In this document: in pieces, positions 56,794 to 64,000 of the stretch | Layout: the number at the start of each line of letters is the position of its first letter | Position numbering within the stretch: position 1 is the stretch's first letter | Assembly: GCA_050950165.1 (NCBI GenBank) | Contig: JBMNHC010000001.1 | Location: forward strand, 657,073 to 721,072 | Direction: 5' to 3' | From: Candidatus Dojkabacteria bacterium | GTDB lineage: Bacteria; Patescibacteriota; Dojkabacteria; SC72 | Length of the DNA stretch: 64,000 nt | The notes under the pieces: model-generated | The model's input: the letters and a program-made list of their open reading frames with translations, nothing else | Database searches by the model: none | Told to the model about the DNA's origin: nothing | Made by a program: the position numbers and the translations under genes

Positions 56794-58014
56794 CTATTCC
56801 ATAATCTCTATCAGACTCTGCTCTATTAAAGTATTGAAACCAGAAAAAGCCCTATCTCCAGCAAATATTATCGGATAGTAAGCAAACTCTTCAGAGACTC
56901 CTTCGCTTGATGTAAAACCTTCCCTATACTCAGTAAATTTACTCACAAACTCCTCATCTCCTACTTTGTACTCCACATACTCATAGCCTTTCTCTTCTAA
57001 AAAGTTAAGAGCATCCAAACACATAGCTCCTATTCCATTATGAAATATTACGATTTTATCTACATCTTTCTCTCCTACATCCTGCACAGAAGATTGAGTA
57101 AGATCTTGAACTGCACAAGGATTAGATACATCTTCCTCATCTTCTATAGGGATTGCTGGATGAGGAGTATCGTACTGTACTTCTCGATTATTCGGAATCT
57201 CTGCATAACTACTAGTTATATCTACCTTCCCAAATTCATCCAACTTGACCCAATCTACATTCGCTTTATCAAAAAATTTTAAATATGTATCATTCCACTC
57301 TCTTTTTAACCCACCAATATATGTATGCGAGACTGGTGAAATTTTTTCATACTTAAGAGCTCCAAACAACTCTTTCTCAAAATCCTCAGGTCTTCCCTCT
57401 CTTGCCCAATAGCTGTAGTCACAGAGACTACCTGTTCCCCACTTCTGTGAATCTACATTGGATACTGAAAATATTTTTACCTCATACTCCTTAGGTTTGT
57501 ACACAGTTGCCTTTGCTCCAGTAGTACCTCTTGCAAATACATACTCAATACCTAACTCTTGTGCTGCTTTAATAGTATTTTCATCATATCCAAAATATTT
57601 AGACCCAAATACCCTTATCTCCTTGCCTGTACACGCCTCTATCTTCTCTTTTGTTTCTTTCATAACAGAGAGCTGTTCCTCATACGGAATATCCCAATAC
57701 GGCCTAGAAGCATCTACCCCTGCTATTTCAATATCATGATATGAAAGTATTGCATTAATGGTATTACAGTTCTCAGTTACAAAACCTGAACTTACAACAA
57801 GCAGAGCAGGAATATCTCTCTCTTTAATATTATCTACAAAATTAACTAAACCCTCTGTTCCTTCAAACTCAATTAAAAGCATCAACCCTTTTGTTTTACT
57901 CTCTACATCAGGTTGTGTACCTCTCCCCTTATTCTTAAGAAATATGAGAAGAGAAAAAAGAATAAGAAGTAAAAACAGAACAATACTGGAAATAATGAAT
58001 ATCCACTTCTTCAT
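56794..58014 (-). CDS. Hypothetical membrane-anchored protein with a C-terminal glutaredoxin-like fold lacking CxxC.
   Basis: N-terminal TM; the C-terminal KIVIFHNGIGAMCLDALNFLEEKGYEYVEY...YYPIIFAGD is patterned like Grx/NrdH. Confidence 0.5.
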   Translation of the reverse strand: MKKWIFIISSIVLFLLLILFSLLIFLKNKGRGTQPDVESKTKGLMLLIEFEGTEGLVNFVDNIKERDIPALLVVSSGFVTENCNTINAILSYHDIEIAGVDASRPYWDIPYEEQLSVMKETKEKIEACTGKEIRVFGSKYFGYDENTIKAAQELGIEYVFARGTTGAKATVYKPKEYEVKIFSVSNVDSQKWGTGSLCDYSYWAREGRPEDFEKELFGALKYEKISPVSHTYIGGLKREWNDTYLKFFDKANVDWVKLDEFGKVDITSSYAEIPNNREVQYDTPHPAIPIEDEEDVSNPCAVQDLTQSSVQDVGEKDVDKIVIFHNGIGAMCLDALNFLEEKGYEYVEYKVGDEEFVSKFTEYREGFTSSEGVSEEFAYYPIIFAGDRAFSGFNTLIEQSLIEIME

Positions 58015-58067
58015 AGATACCTCTTTTAAAAGTAAAATGTCAAAAATAGTATAACAGAAAATTGAGA

Positions 58068-58141
58068 TGGTTGCGGGACATAGATTCGAACTATGATTCT
58101 CGGCTTCAAAGGCCGGTGTCCTACCATTAGACGATCCCGCA
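58068..58141 (-). tRNA. tRNA-Gln (anticodon UUG), with U1-A72 and CCA encoded.
   Basis: Acceptor tgcggga/tcccgca, D-arm gtct...ggac, anticodon loop ctTTGaa, T-arm catag-ttcgaat-ctatg, then A-CCA. Confidence 0.75.
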
Positions 58142-58212
58142 AAGACTAGTAATTATACTATACTGTATTCGTAATTGAAATTTCTTCATATTCTAAGTAA
58201 TCTATAATATCT

Positions 58213-59289
58213 ATGAAAAGACCTAAAAGTAGTGGTAAAAAAGCTAGTCCTATTAAAATGCCAAAAGGTAGTAAGACACAGATAGTAAGAAGAAGAAAAG
58301 CTTTTAAACTTTCTAACATATTCAAAAGAAACAAGTATGAGAGAAGAAGAGGAATAAACAGGAAGTATATATTCTTTCCTCTAATGGTAATACTTCCTAT
58401 CGTTATAATATTTTTCTCTATAAAATATGTATCCTTCCTAAGAGAAGATCCTGATATTAAAGATTATCAGATAGGGGATGTATTAGGTCTAGAGGGAATC
58501 CCTGAATATCCTAATTCATATTTTCTTTTTCAGAATAACTTAAATGATTCAATAGTTAAAGAGTTTCTCTTTACTGGAAACTCTGCATACAGGTTAGATG
58601 AAGATAAAGGTAGTGAAGAGATTGAGCAATATTACAAAGAAGTACTACCAAAATCTGGTTGGGAGTTAGTTGAAGAGGTTGCTTTAGGTACAGAGGATAA
58701 AAAATATGGACAGTATTGGATTAAAGAAGGTAAGGGATTAAGAATATACAAAAAATTTAAAGATATATGGTACGAAAGTATTACAGAAGAGGAAGCAAAA
58801 AATGCTCTCTCTAACAGAGTAAAAGATGCTATAGAGAGAGAGATGTTAATGGCTAGTAGTGAAAAACAGAGCCTTTTACCTGACTATCCTTGGAGAATAG
58901 AGATACCTAAAGAATATATAATTAAGTATAGTGCAACTGGCATTAAAGACTTTAGAGCTGTATCATTTCAGAAGCTTGGAAGTAGTGATATTGTAGAGAT
59001 ATTTCCTGTTTCAAAAATAGGTAAAGAATTAGACTTCGTTTTAGAAGACTACTGTAAACTTAAAAGTACAGAAGATACTAAATATTCGATAGTAAATACT
59101 GTTCCCATTAGCTTTAGAGAATATTTAGCATTAAAAGGAACTGTATCATATCCTACAGGTATTTTAGAGATAGCGGTTGTACCTAATAGTTATAACTCTA
59201 TGGTTTATGTTATCTCTTCTACTAAACAGAACGACCCTCTCTTTGGATATATTCTAGAAAATATCACGCCTATGGATAATGCTAATTAA
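58213..59289 (+). CDS. Hypothetical basic N-terminus plus TM-anchored protein.
   Basis: Lys/Arg-rich N-terminus, one TM helix, no recognisable domain. Confidence 0.5.
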   Translation: MKRPKSSGKKASPIKMPKGSKTQIVRRRKAFKLSNIFKRNKYERRRGINRKYIFFPLMVILPIVIIFFSIKYVSFLREDPDIKDYQIGDVLGLEGIPEYPNSYFLFQNNLNDSIVKEFLFTGNSAYRLDEDKGSEEIEQYYKEVLPKSGWELVEEVALGTEDKKYGQYWIKEGKGLRIYKKFKDIWYESITEEEAKNALSNRVKDAIEREMLMASSEKQSLLPDYPWRIEIPKEYIIKYSATGIKDFRAVSFQKLGSSDIVEIFPVSKIGKELDFVLEDYCKLKSTEDTKYSIVNTVPISFREYLALKGTVSYPTGILEIAVVPNSYNSMVYVISSTKQNDPLFGYILENITPMDNAN

Positions 59290-60761
59290 GAGAGAGTCTT
59301 TTTAATACTCTCAGATACTTTTCTATTCTTTACTACACTATCTATCTGTTCTACTGTTGCCTTCTTTATACCATCTATACTCTTAAATTTTTTAATTAGC
59401 TTCTCTCTTCTTTTTTTACCTACTCCAACGATAGTATCTAGAATAGATTTTTTGGCTTCAACAATACTTCTTCTTCTGTAGTAAGAGATAGCAAATCTAT
59501 GTGCTTCGTTTCTTAAATCTATTAATATCTCAGGACTGCTAAGCTCCATACTATATACCTTTCCATCTCTAACAATCCAAAACTCATCTCTTTTCATTCC
59601 CCCACTTCTTGCTATCCTCTTGCCCTTTGAAATACCAATAACCAGTATATTGGAAGGAACAGTATCAGCAAGAGCGAAGAGTTGAGACTTACCCCCATCT
59701 ATTAAAACTATCTCTGGTCTTCTACTTAAACTCTTGTCCTTTTCTTTCCCAATATGACTAACTCTTCTTGTTAATACTTCTTTTAACATAGCTGGGTCAT
59801 CTGGAGTATCTTTACCTCTAATCTTAAATATTCTATATGCGGATCTATCCAATTTTCCGTCAGTAGCTACAACCATAGAACCGTACGCATGTTTTCCTTG
59901 AATATTAGAGATATCATAGCATTCAATACGATTAAGTCTTTCTAATCCAAGCTCTAATTGTAAAATATCAAAACTACTCTTCCTTGTAATCTCTCTTCTA
60001 CTTTTGTAATTTTCTAAATCATCGTAATATGTAAACTCAATATTCTCTCCAATATATCTAAGATCTTTAATTCTATCTCTTAGCTGAGCTGCCTTTTCAA
60101 AATTTTCATCTTTAGAATAACTAGCCATCTCTCTTTCTAACCTCTTAATATGGTTCTCTTTCTTACCACTAAGGAATTTAATAATATTGTTTATATTCTC
60201 TCTGTAATCTTTTTTGGATATTGCTCCAACATATGGACCAGGACAGAGCCCTATATGGAAATCTAAAGAGTTTTTACAGTTCTTTCTCTTACAAGTACAG
60301 AATGGATATATCTTTCTAAGATATGAATATACTCTTTTAATCGTATATCCACTTGGATAAGGACCAAACATTCTACCTCTTTTATACTCTCCCTTTTTAA
60401 TACTTCTTACAACTTTAACAGTAGGAAATTCATCCTTAGTAGTAATGTATATCCAAGCGTAGGACTTATCATCTCTCAAATCTGAGTTAAAAGGAGGCTT
60501 TAATTTTCTAATCAGAGCAGACTCTAATACCAGTGCCTCTATCTCATTGTTAGTTTCCTGTATCTCTATATCCACTACAAGAGGCATCATATGTTTGACC
60601 TTTGGTCTCTCGTACAGATCCTCTCTAAAATATGAAGATACTCTCGCCCTTAGATCTGCAGCTTTACCAATATACAAAATATTCCTATCTTTATCTAAAA
60701 ACTTATACACACCAGTAGTATGAGGGAGTGTATCTATTTTAACTTTAAGGTTATTTCTCAT
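59286..60761 (-). CDS. uvrC: Excinuclease ABC subunit C (short, 491 aa).
   Basis: GIY-YIG GVYKFLDKDRNILYIGKA, UVR domain, RNase H-like endonuclease domain, and a C-terminal HhH (VGVGKKRREKLIKKF). Confidence 0.85.
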   Translation of the reverse strand: MRNNLKVKIDTLPHTTGVYKFLDKDRNILYIGKAADLRARVSSYFREDLYERPKVKHMMPLVVDIEIQETNNEIEALVLESALIRKLKPPFNSDLRDDKSYAWIYITTKDEFPTVKVVRSIKKGEYKRGRMFGPYPSGYTIKRVYSYLRKIYPFCTCKRKNCKNSLDFHIGLCPGPYVGAISKKDYRENINNIIKFLSGKKENHIKRLEREMASYSKDENFEKAAQLRDRIKDLRYIGENIEFTYYDDLENYKSRREITRKSSFDILQLELGLERLNRIECYDISNIQGKHAYGSMVVATDGKLDRSAYRIFKIRGKDTPDDPAMLKEVLTRRVSHIGKEKDKSLSRRPEIVLIDGGKSQLFALADTVPSNILVIGISKGKRIARSGGMKRDEFWIVRDGKVYSMELSSPEILIDLRNEAHRFAISYYRRRSIVEAKKSILDTIVGVGKKRREKLIKKFKSIDGIKKATVEQIDSVVKNRKVSESIKKTLS

Positions 60762-60774
60762 CCCATATTATACC

Positions 60775-63700
60775 TTAGAATCGCCTTAACCATCGTTTAG
60801 TCTCACTATCCAACAAAATTTTCTTCTCTAGTACAACGGACTTTGTCTTCTTACCATCATTTACTATTATCTTAACAGCGGTATCTCCATCACTACTAGC
60901 AATATATTCTTTTAGCTCTTTTATCTCCTCACGGGTATGAGTGGGTCTAATTCTAAATGCTACTCCATCAAACTTGCTTCCATGAGTATCTTCATCTATA
61001 TACGTTATAGTATCTACAATGATACTTTTTTCTTCATCTCTAATATTAATATTACCTTTCAAAAGAGCAGGCTTTCCTTCTACTAGAGTATTTTTAACTA
61101 ATTGGTAGGTTCTAGGAAAAAGAATTGATGGTGCTGTTGCAGATTTATCTTCTATTGTTAAGAAAGCCATAATTTCACCCTTTTTAGTAGTAATCTTTCT
61201 AATTTTGTTAATCATAACGCCAAGTAAAACAGAGACCCTGTTCTTCTTCTCAAGCGCATCTCTAACAGATATTACTGATTCAGATTCAAAATATTCTTGG
61301 AAACTATCAAGAGGATGACTAGAGAAATATAGCCCTAGGAGATCTTTCTCCCACTGTAGTATCTGATACTTAGCAACTTTCTCTACATCTGGAAGTACAG
61401 TAGCCTCTACAGACAGGGTATCTTTGCTCATACTGAAAATATCTATCTGTCCAACACTCTGTGCTGAACTACTCTTTTTTACTCTATCAAATATTGTTGG
61501 TAAGACATACAACAGAGCACCTCTCTCTCCAAACTCATCCATTGTTCCAGACATAATGAGATACTCTATCGCTCTTTTCTGTACACCCTTCTTAACAGTT
61601 CTCTCTACAAAATCGTCCAAGTTCTTATACTCCCCTCTCTCCTTTCTCTCTTCCACTATTGCTTTAACTATATCCTCCCCTATATTCTTTATTCCACCTA
61701 AACCAAATCTAATACTACTATCTCCTTCAATATTAAAATGTACTTTACTTTTGTTAATAGTTGGAGGCAAAACATCTATACCTAATCTCTCACACTCTCC
61801 CAAATCTATAATTACCCTATCAAAGTTATCCAAGTCTCCTTCAAGAAGTGCAGCCATATATTCAAGAGGATAGTGGGCTTTAAGATATGCAGTCCAGTAT
61901 GCAATAGTGGCATACGATGCACTATGTGCTTTATTAAATCCATAGTTTGCAAACTGTAATAGCTTCTCCCACAGCCTCTCTGTCTTCTCCTTGGGAAATC
62001 CTTTTTTAAGAGCACCTTCTATAAATTTTGGCTTCTCCTGTTCCATAACATGCATTAACTTTTTACCCATTGCACGCCTCAATATATCTGCAGCACCTAG
62101 GGTATACCCTCCCACTATCTCTGCAATTTTCATTACCTGCTCTTGGTATGTAATTACTCCGTTAGTAATCTTTAAAACACTCTCTAGCTCTGGGAAGATA
62201 TAGCTGGGCTCTTGCTCTCCTCTCTTTACTGCTACATACTCAGAAATATATTGCATAGGACCAGGACGATATGCAGCAAGTAGATAGCATATATCTTCAA
62301 GATTCTCTGGTTGCAGTGCTTTTATACTTCTCTTCATACCATCACTTTCCAACTGAAATACTCCCACAGTATGCCCACTTCTAATTAACTCAAATGTCTT
62401 CTTATCATTATGATCTATTTTAAACAGGTCAACATCTTCTTGTCTATTTACCCTGATTTTAATCAATGCCTCACCAATGACATTTAGGTTCCTAAGACCA
62501 AGAAAATCTAATTTTAATAGCCCAACATACTCTAAATCTGTCATTTCAAACTGCGTCATACCTATCCCACCACCATGAGAATCTCTTTGTATTGGACAGT
62601 AATTTACAACAGGCTCGGGAGTGACAATGATGCCACAAGCGTGAGTAGAGATACCTCTACAGATTCCAGATACCTTTCTTACAATATTTACAAGCTCTAA
62701 CATTTTTTCAGATGAGTTAATTATCTCTGCAAACTCAGGATTATTCTCGATCATGTAGTCTATACCCTTCGCTTTTCCAAACACTATCTGTACCATCTTT
62801 GCCAACCTATCTGTTACAGCTAACTCAATACCCAAAACCCTTCCAACATCTTTAATGGCTTGACGAGTTTGCAACCTACTAAATGTCCCTATCTGTTTTA
62901 CATTATCCAAACCATACTTCTCTATTGTGTAGTTAAGAACCTCATCTCTTCTTTTATCTGCAATATCCAGATCAAAGTCAGGAGGAGAGTCTCTCTCAGG
63001 ATTAAGGAATCTTTCAAAGTACAATTCCCAACCCATCGGCTCAATATCTGTAATATCTACACAGTATGCTACTAAAGATCCACAACCAGAACCTCTCATT
63101 CCGATTACAATATTGTTCTTTCTACAAAATATTACAAAATCTCTAACAACGAGAAAGTAATCATTATATGCTTTGTCATCTATAACTCTCAGCTCATACT
63201 CTAGTCTCTCTTTAAGATCCTTTGTTAGTTTTCCATATTTCTTCTTAGCTCCCTTTACAGCTAACTCTTTTAGATATGAAGCAGGAGTATATCCATCTGG
63301 AAGATCTAAATAGTGGGGCTCCACTCTACCAAAGGTGATATCAAAACTCTCAATACTATCTGTAATCTTCTGTGTATTCTCTATAGCCTCTGGTAGATCT
63401 TTAAAAAGCTCTTTCATCTGCTCAGGAGTCTTAACATAGAATTCGTTAGTCTCCATCTTTCGTCTAGTAGGATCATCCCAGACCTTACCATCATTAATTG
63501 CCCAAAGTATCTCTTGAATATATGCATCCTCTTTATCTAAATAGTGTGCATCACATGTAGCAACTAGAGGAAGATTTAACTCTCTTGCCACCTTTATTAA
63601 AGAAGGATTAATCTCTTCCTGCTCTTTCATTCCATTTCTCTGTATCTCAATGTAAAAAGAATCTTTAAAAAGCTCAGCATATCTCTTAGCCTCCTCAATT

Positions 63701-64000
63701 GCTTTTTCATAGTTACCTTCAAGCAGAGGCTTAGCAACTGGACCAGCTAAACAACCAGAAAGAACTATTAATCCCTTGTTATACTTACTTAGAGTCTCAA
63801 AATCTATCCTAGGTTTGTAGTAGAAACCCTCCATATGTGCCAAAGATACAATCTTTATTAAATTCTTGTACCCTTCTAAATTCTTAGCTAACACAGTAAT
63901 ATGGTTATACTTATTATCTATCCCATACTCTTTCTTTGACATCTCTCTTGGAGCAACATATATCTCACACCCAATTATCGGTTTAAGATTTGCACCTTCC
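60775..64000 (-). CDS. dnaE: DNA polymerase III alpha subunit. The N-terminus runs off the window end: the frame is open through nt 64000 and the PHP motif KPIIGCEIYV lies upstream of the track's Met.
   Basis: PHP, palm, fingers and OB-fold order. Translating 63943..64000 on the minus strand in frame gives ...EGANLKPIIGCEIYVAPRE before MSKKEY. Confidence 0.9.
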   Translation of the reverse strand, partial: EGANLKPIIGCEIYVAPREMSKKEYGIDNKYNHITVLAKNLEGYKNLIKIVSLAHMEGFYYKPRIDFETLSKYNKGLIVLSGCLAGPVAKPLLEGNYEKAIEEAKRYAELFKDSFYIEIQRNGMKEQEEINPSLIKVARELNLPLVATCDAHYLDKEDAYIQEILWAINDGKVWDDPTRRKMETNEFYVKTPEQMKELFKDLPEAIENTQKITDSIESFDITFGRVEPHYLDLPDGYTPASYLKELAVKGAKKKYGKLTKDLKERLEYELRVIDDKAYNDYFLVVRDFVIFCRKNNIVIGMRGSGCGSLVAYCVDITDIEPMGWELYFERFLNPERDSPPDFDLDIADKRRDEVLNYTIEKYGLDNVKQIGTFSRLQTRQAIKDVGRVLGIELAVTDRLAKMVQIVFGKAKGIDYMIENNPEFAEIINSSEKMLELVNIVRKVSGICRGISTHACGIIVTPEPVVNYCPIQRDSHGGGIGMTQFEMTDLEYVGLLKLDFLGLRNLNVIGEALIKIRVNRQEDVDLFKIDHNDKKTFELIRSGHTVGVFQLESDGMKRSIKALQPENLEDICYLLAAYRPGPMQYISEYVAVKRGEQEPSYIFPELESVLKITNGVITYQEQVMKIAEIVGGYTLGAADILRRAMGKKLMHVMEQEKPKFIEGALKKGFPKEKTERLWEKLLQFANYGFNKAHSASYATIAYWTAYLKAHYPLEYMAALLEGDLDNFDRVIIDLGECERLGIDVLPPTINKSKVHFNIEGDSSIRFGLGGIKNIGEDIVKAIVEERKERGEYKNLDDFVERTVKKGVQKRAIEYLIMSGTMDEFGERGALLYVLPTIFDRVKKSSSAQSVGQIDIFSMSKDTLSVEATVLPDVEKVAKYQILQWEKDLLGLYFSSHPLDSFQEYFESESVISVRDALEKKNRVSVLLGVMINKIRKITTKKGEIMAFLTIEDKSATAPSILFPRTYQLVKNTLVEGKPALLKGNINIRDEEKSIIVDTITYIDEDTHGSKFDGVAFRIRPTHTREEIKELKEYIASSDGDTAVKIIVNDGKKTKSVVLEKKILLDSETKRWLRRF

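Noticed and set aside
1-64000. Searched for rRNA genes, CRISPR arrays, IS/transposase or integrase genes, and alternative genetic code (code 25) usage.
   Set aside because: No rRNA-like conserved blocks, no regularly spaced direct repeats with unique spacers, and no transposase or integrase motifs were seen. TGA is used as a stop at many gene ends and long ORFs are not interrupted, so standard code 11 applies.

Overview
This is a 64 kb low-GC (about one third G+C) bacterial chromosomal segment. The long ORFs are uninterrupted and TGA is used as a stop, so it reads with the standard code 11. Gene content points to a small-genome, strictly anaerobic, fermentative bacterium: a class III RNR operon (nrdR-nrdD-nrdG), a 2-oxoacid:ferredoxin oxidoreductase plus ADP-forming acetyl-CoA synthetase operon, an [FeFe]-hydrogenase H-domain-like protein, many membrane-anchored hypothetical proteins, and a LemA/DUF2207 pair. 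The assignment to CPR/Patescibacteria-like lineages is inference only. Reading 5' to 3', the window contains: (1) a defence-island-like start, with the C-terminal end of a type I restriction HsdR (partial), an EVE/PUA-like plus PD-(D/E)xK nuclease fusion, a small PD-(D/E)xK-like protein and a DUF3800 protein; (2) a SAM-dependent methyltransferase, a truncated 2-hydroxyacid dehydrogenase fragment, a HIT-like protein and a GNAT acetyltransferase; (3) a three-gene cluster of unknown function with two tandem paralogous membrane-anchored proteins; (4) tRNA-His, an M16 peptidase, an ABC exporter, LemA/DUF2207 and a YugP-like Zn peptidase; (5) an Fe-hydrogenase-like protein, a GuaD-like deaminase and CTP synthase; (6) korA-korB-acd, Obg, an ExoX-like exonuclease, FKBP, a thioredoxin-fold/DsbD fusion, a RecD-like helicase, map and trxB; (7) nrdR, nrdD carrying a LAGLIDADG intein and with its glycyl-radical domain encoded as a separate downstream mini-ORF, nrdG, and lexA with palindromic candidate operators; (8) a cluster of very large cysteine-rich secreted proteins, one with five tandem 351-bp FN3-like repeats, plus tRNA-Pro; (9) an RsmI-like methylase, mutL, uvrB, an RRM protein, tRNA-Gln, uvrC and dnaE (partial). 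No rRNA genes, CRISPR arrays, transposases or integrases were recognised.
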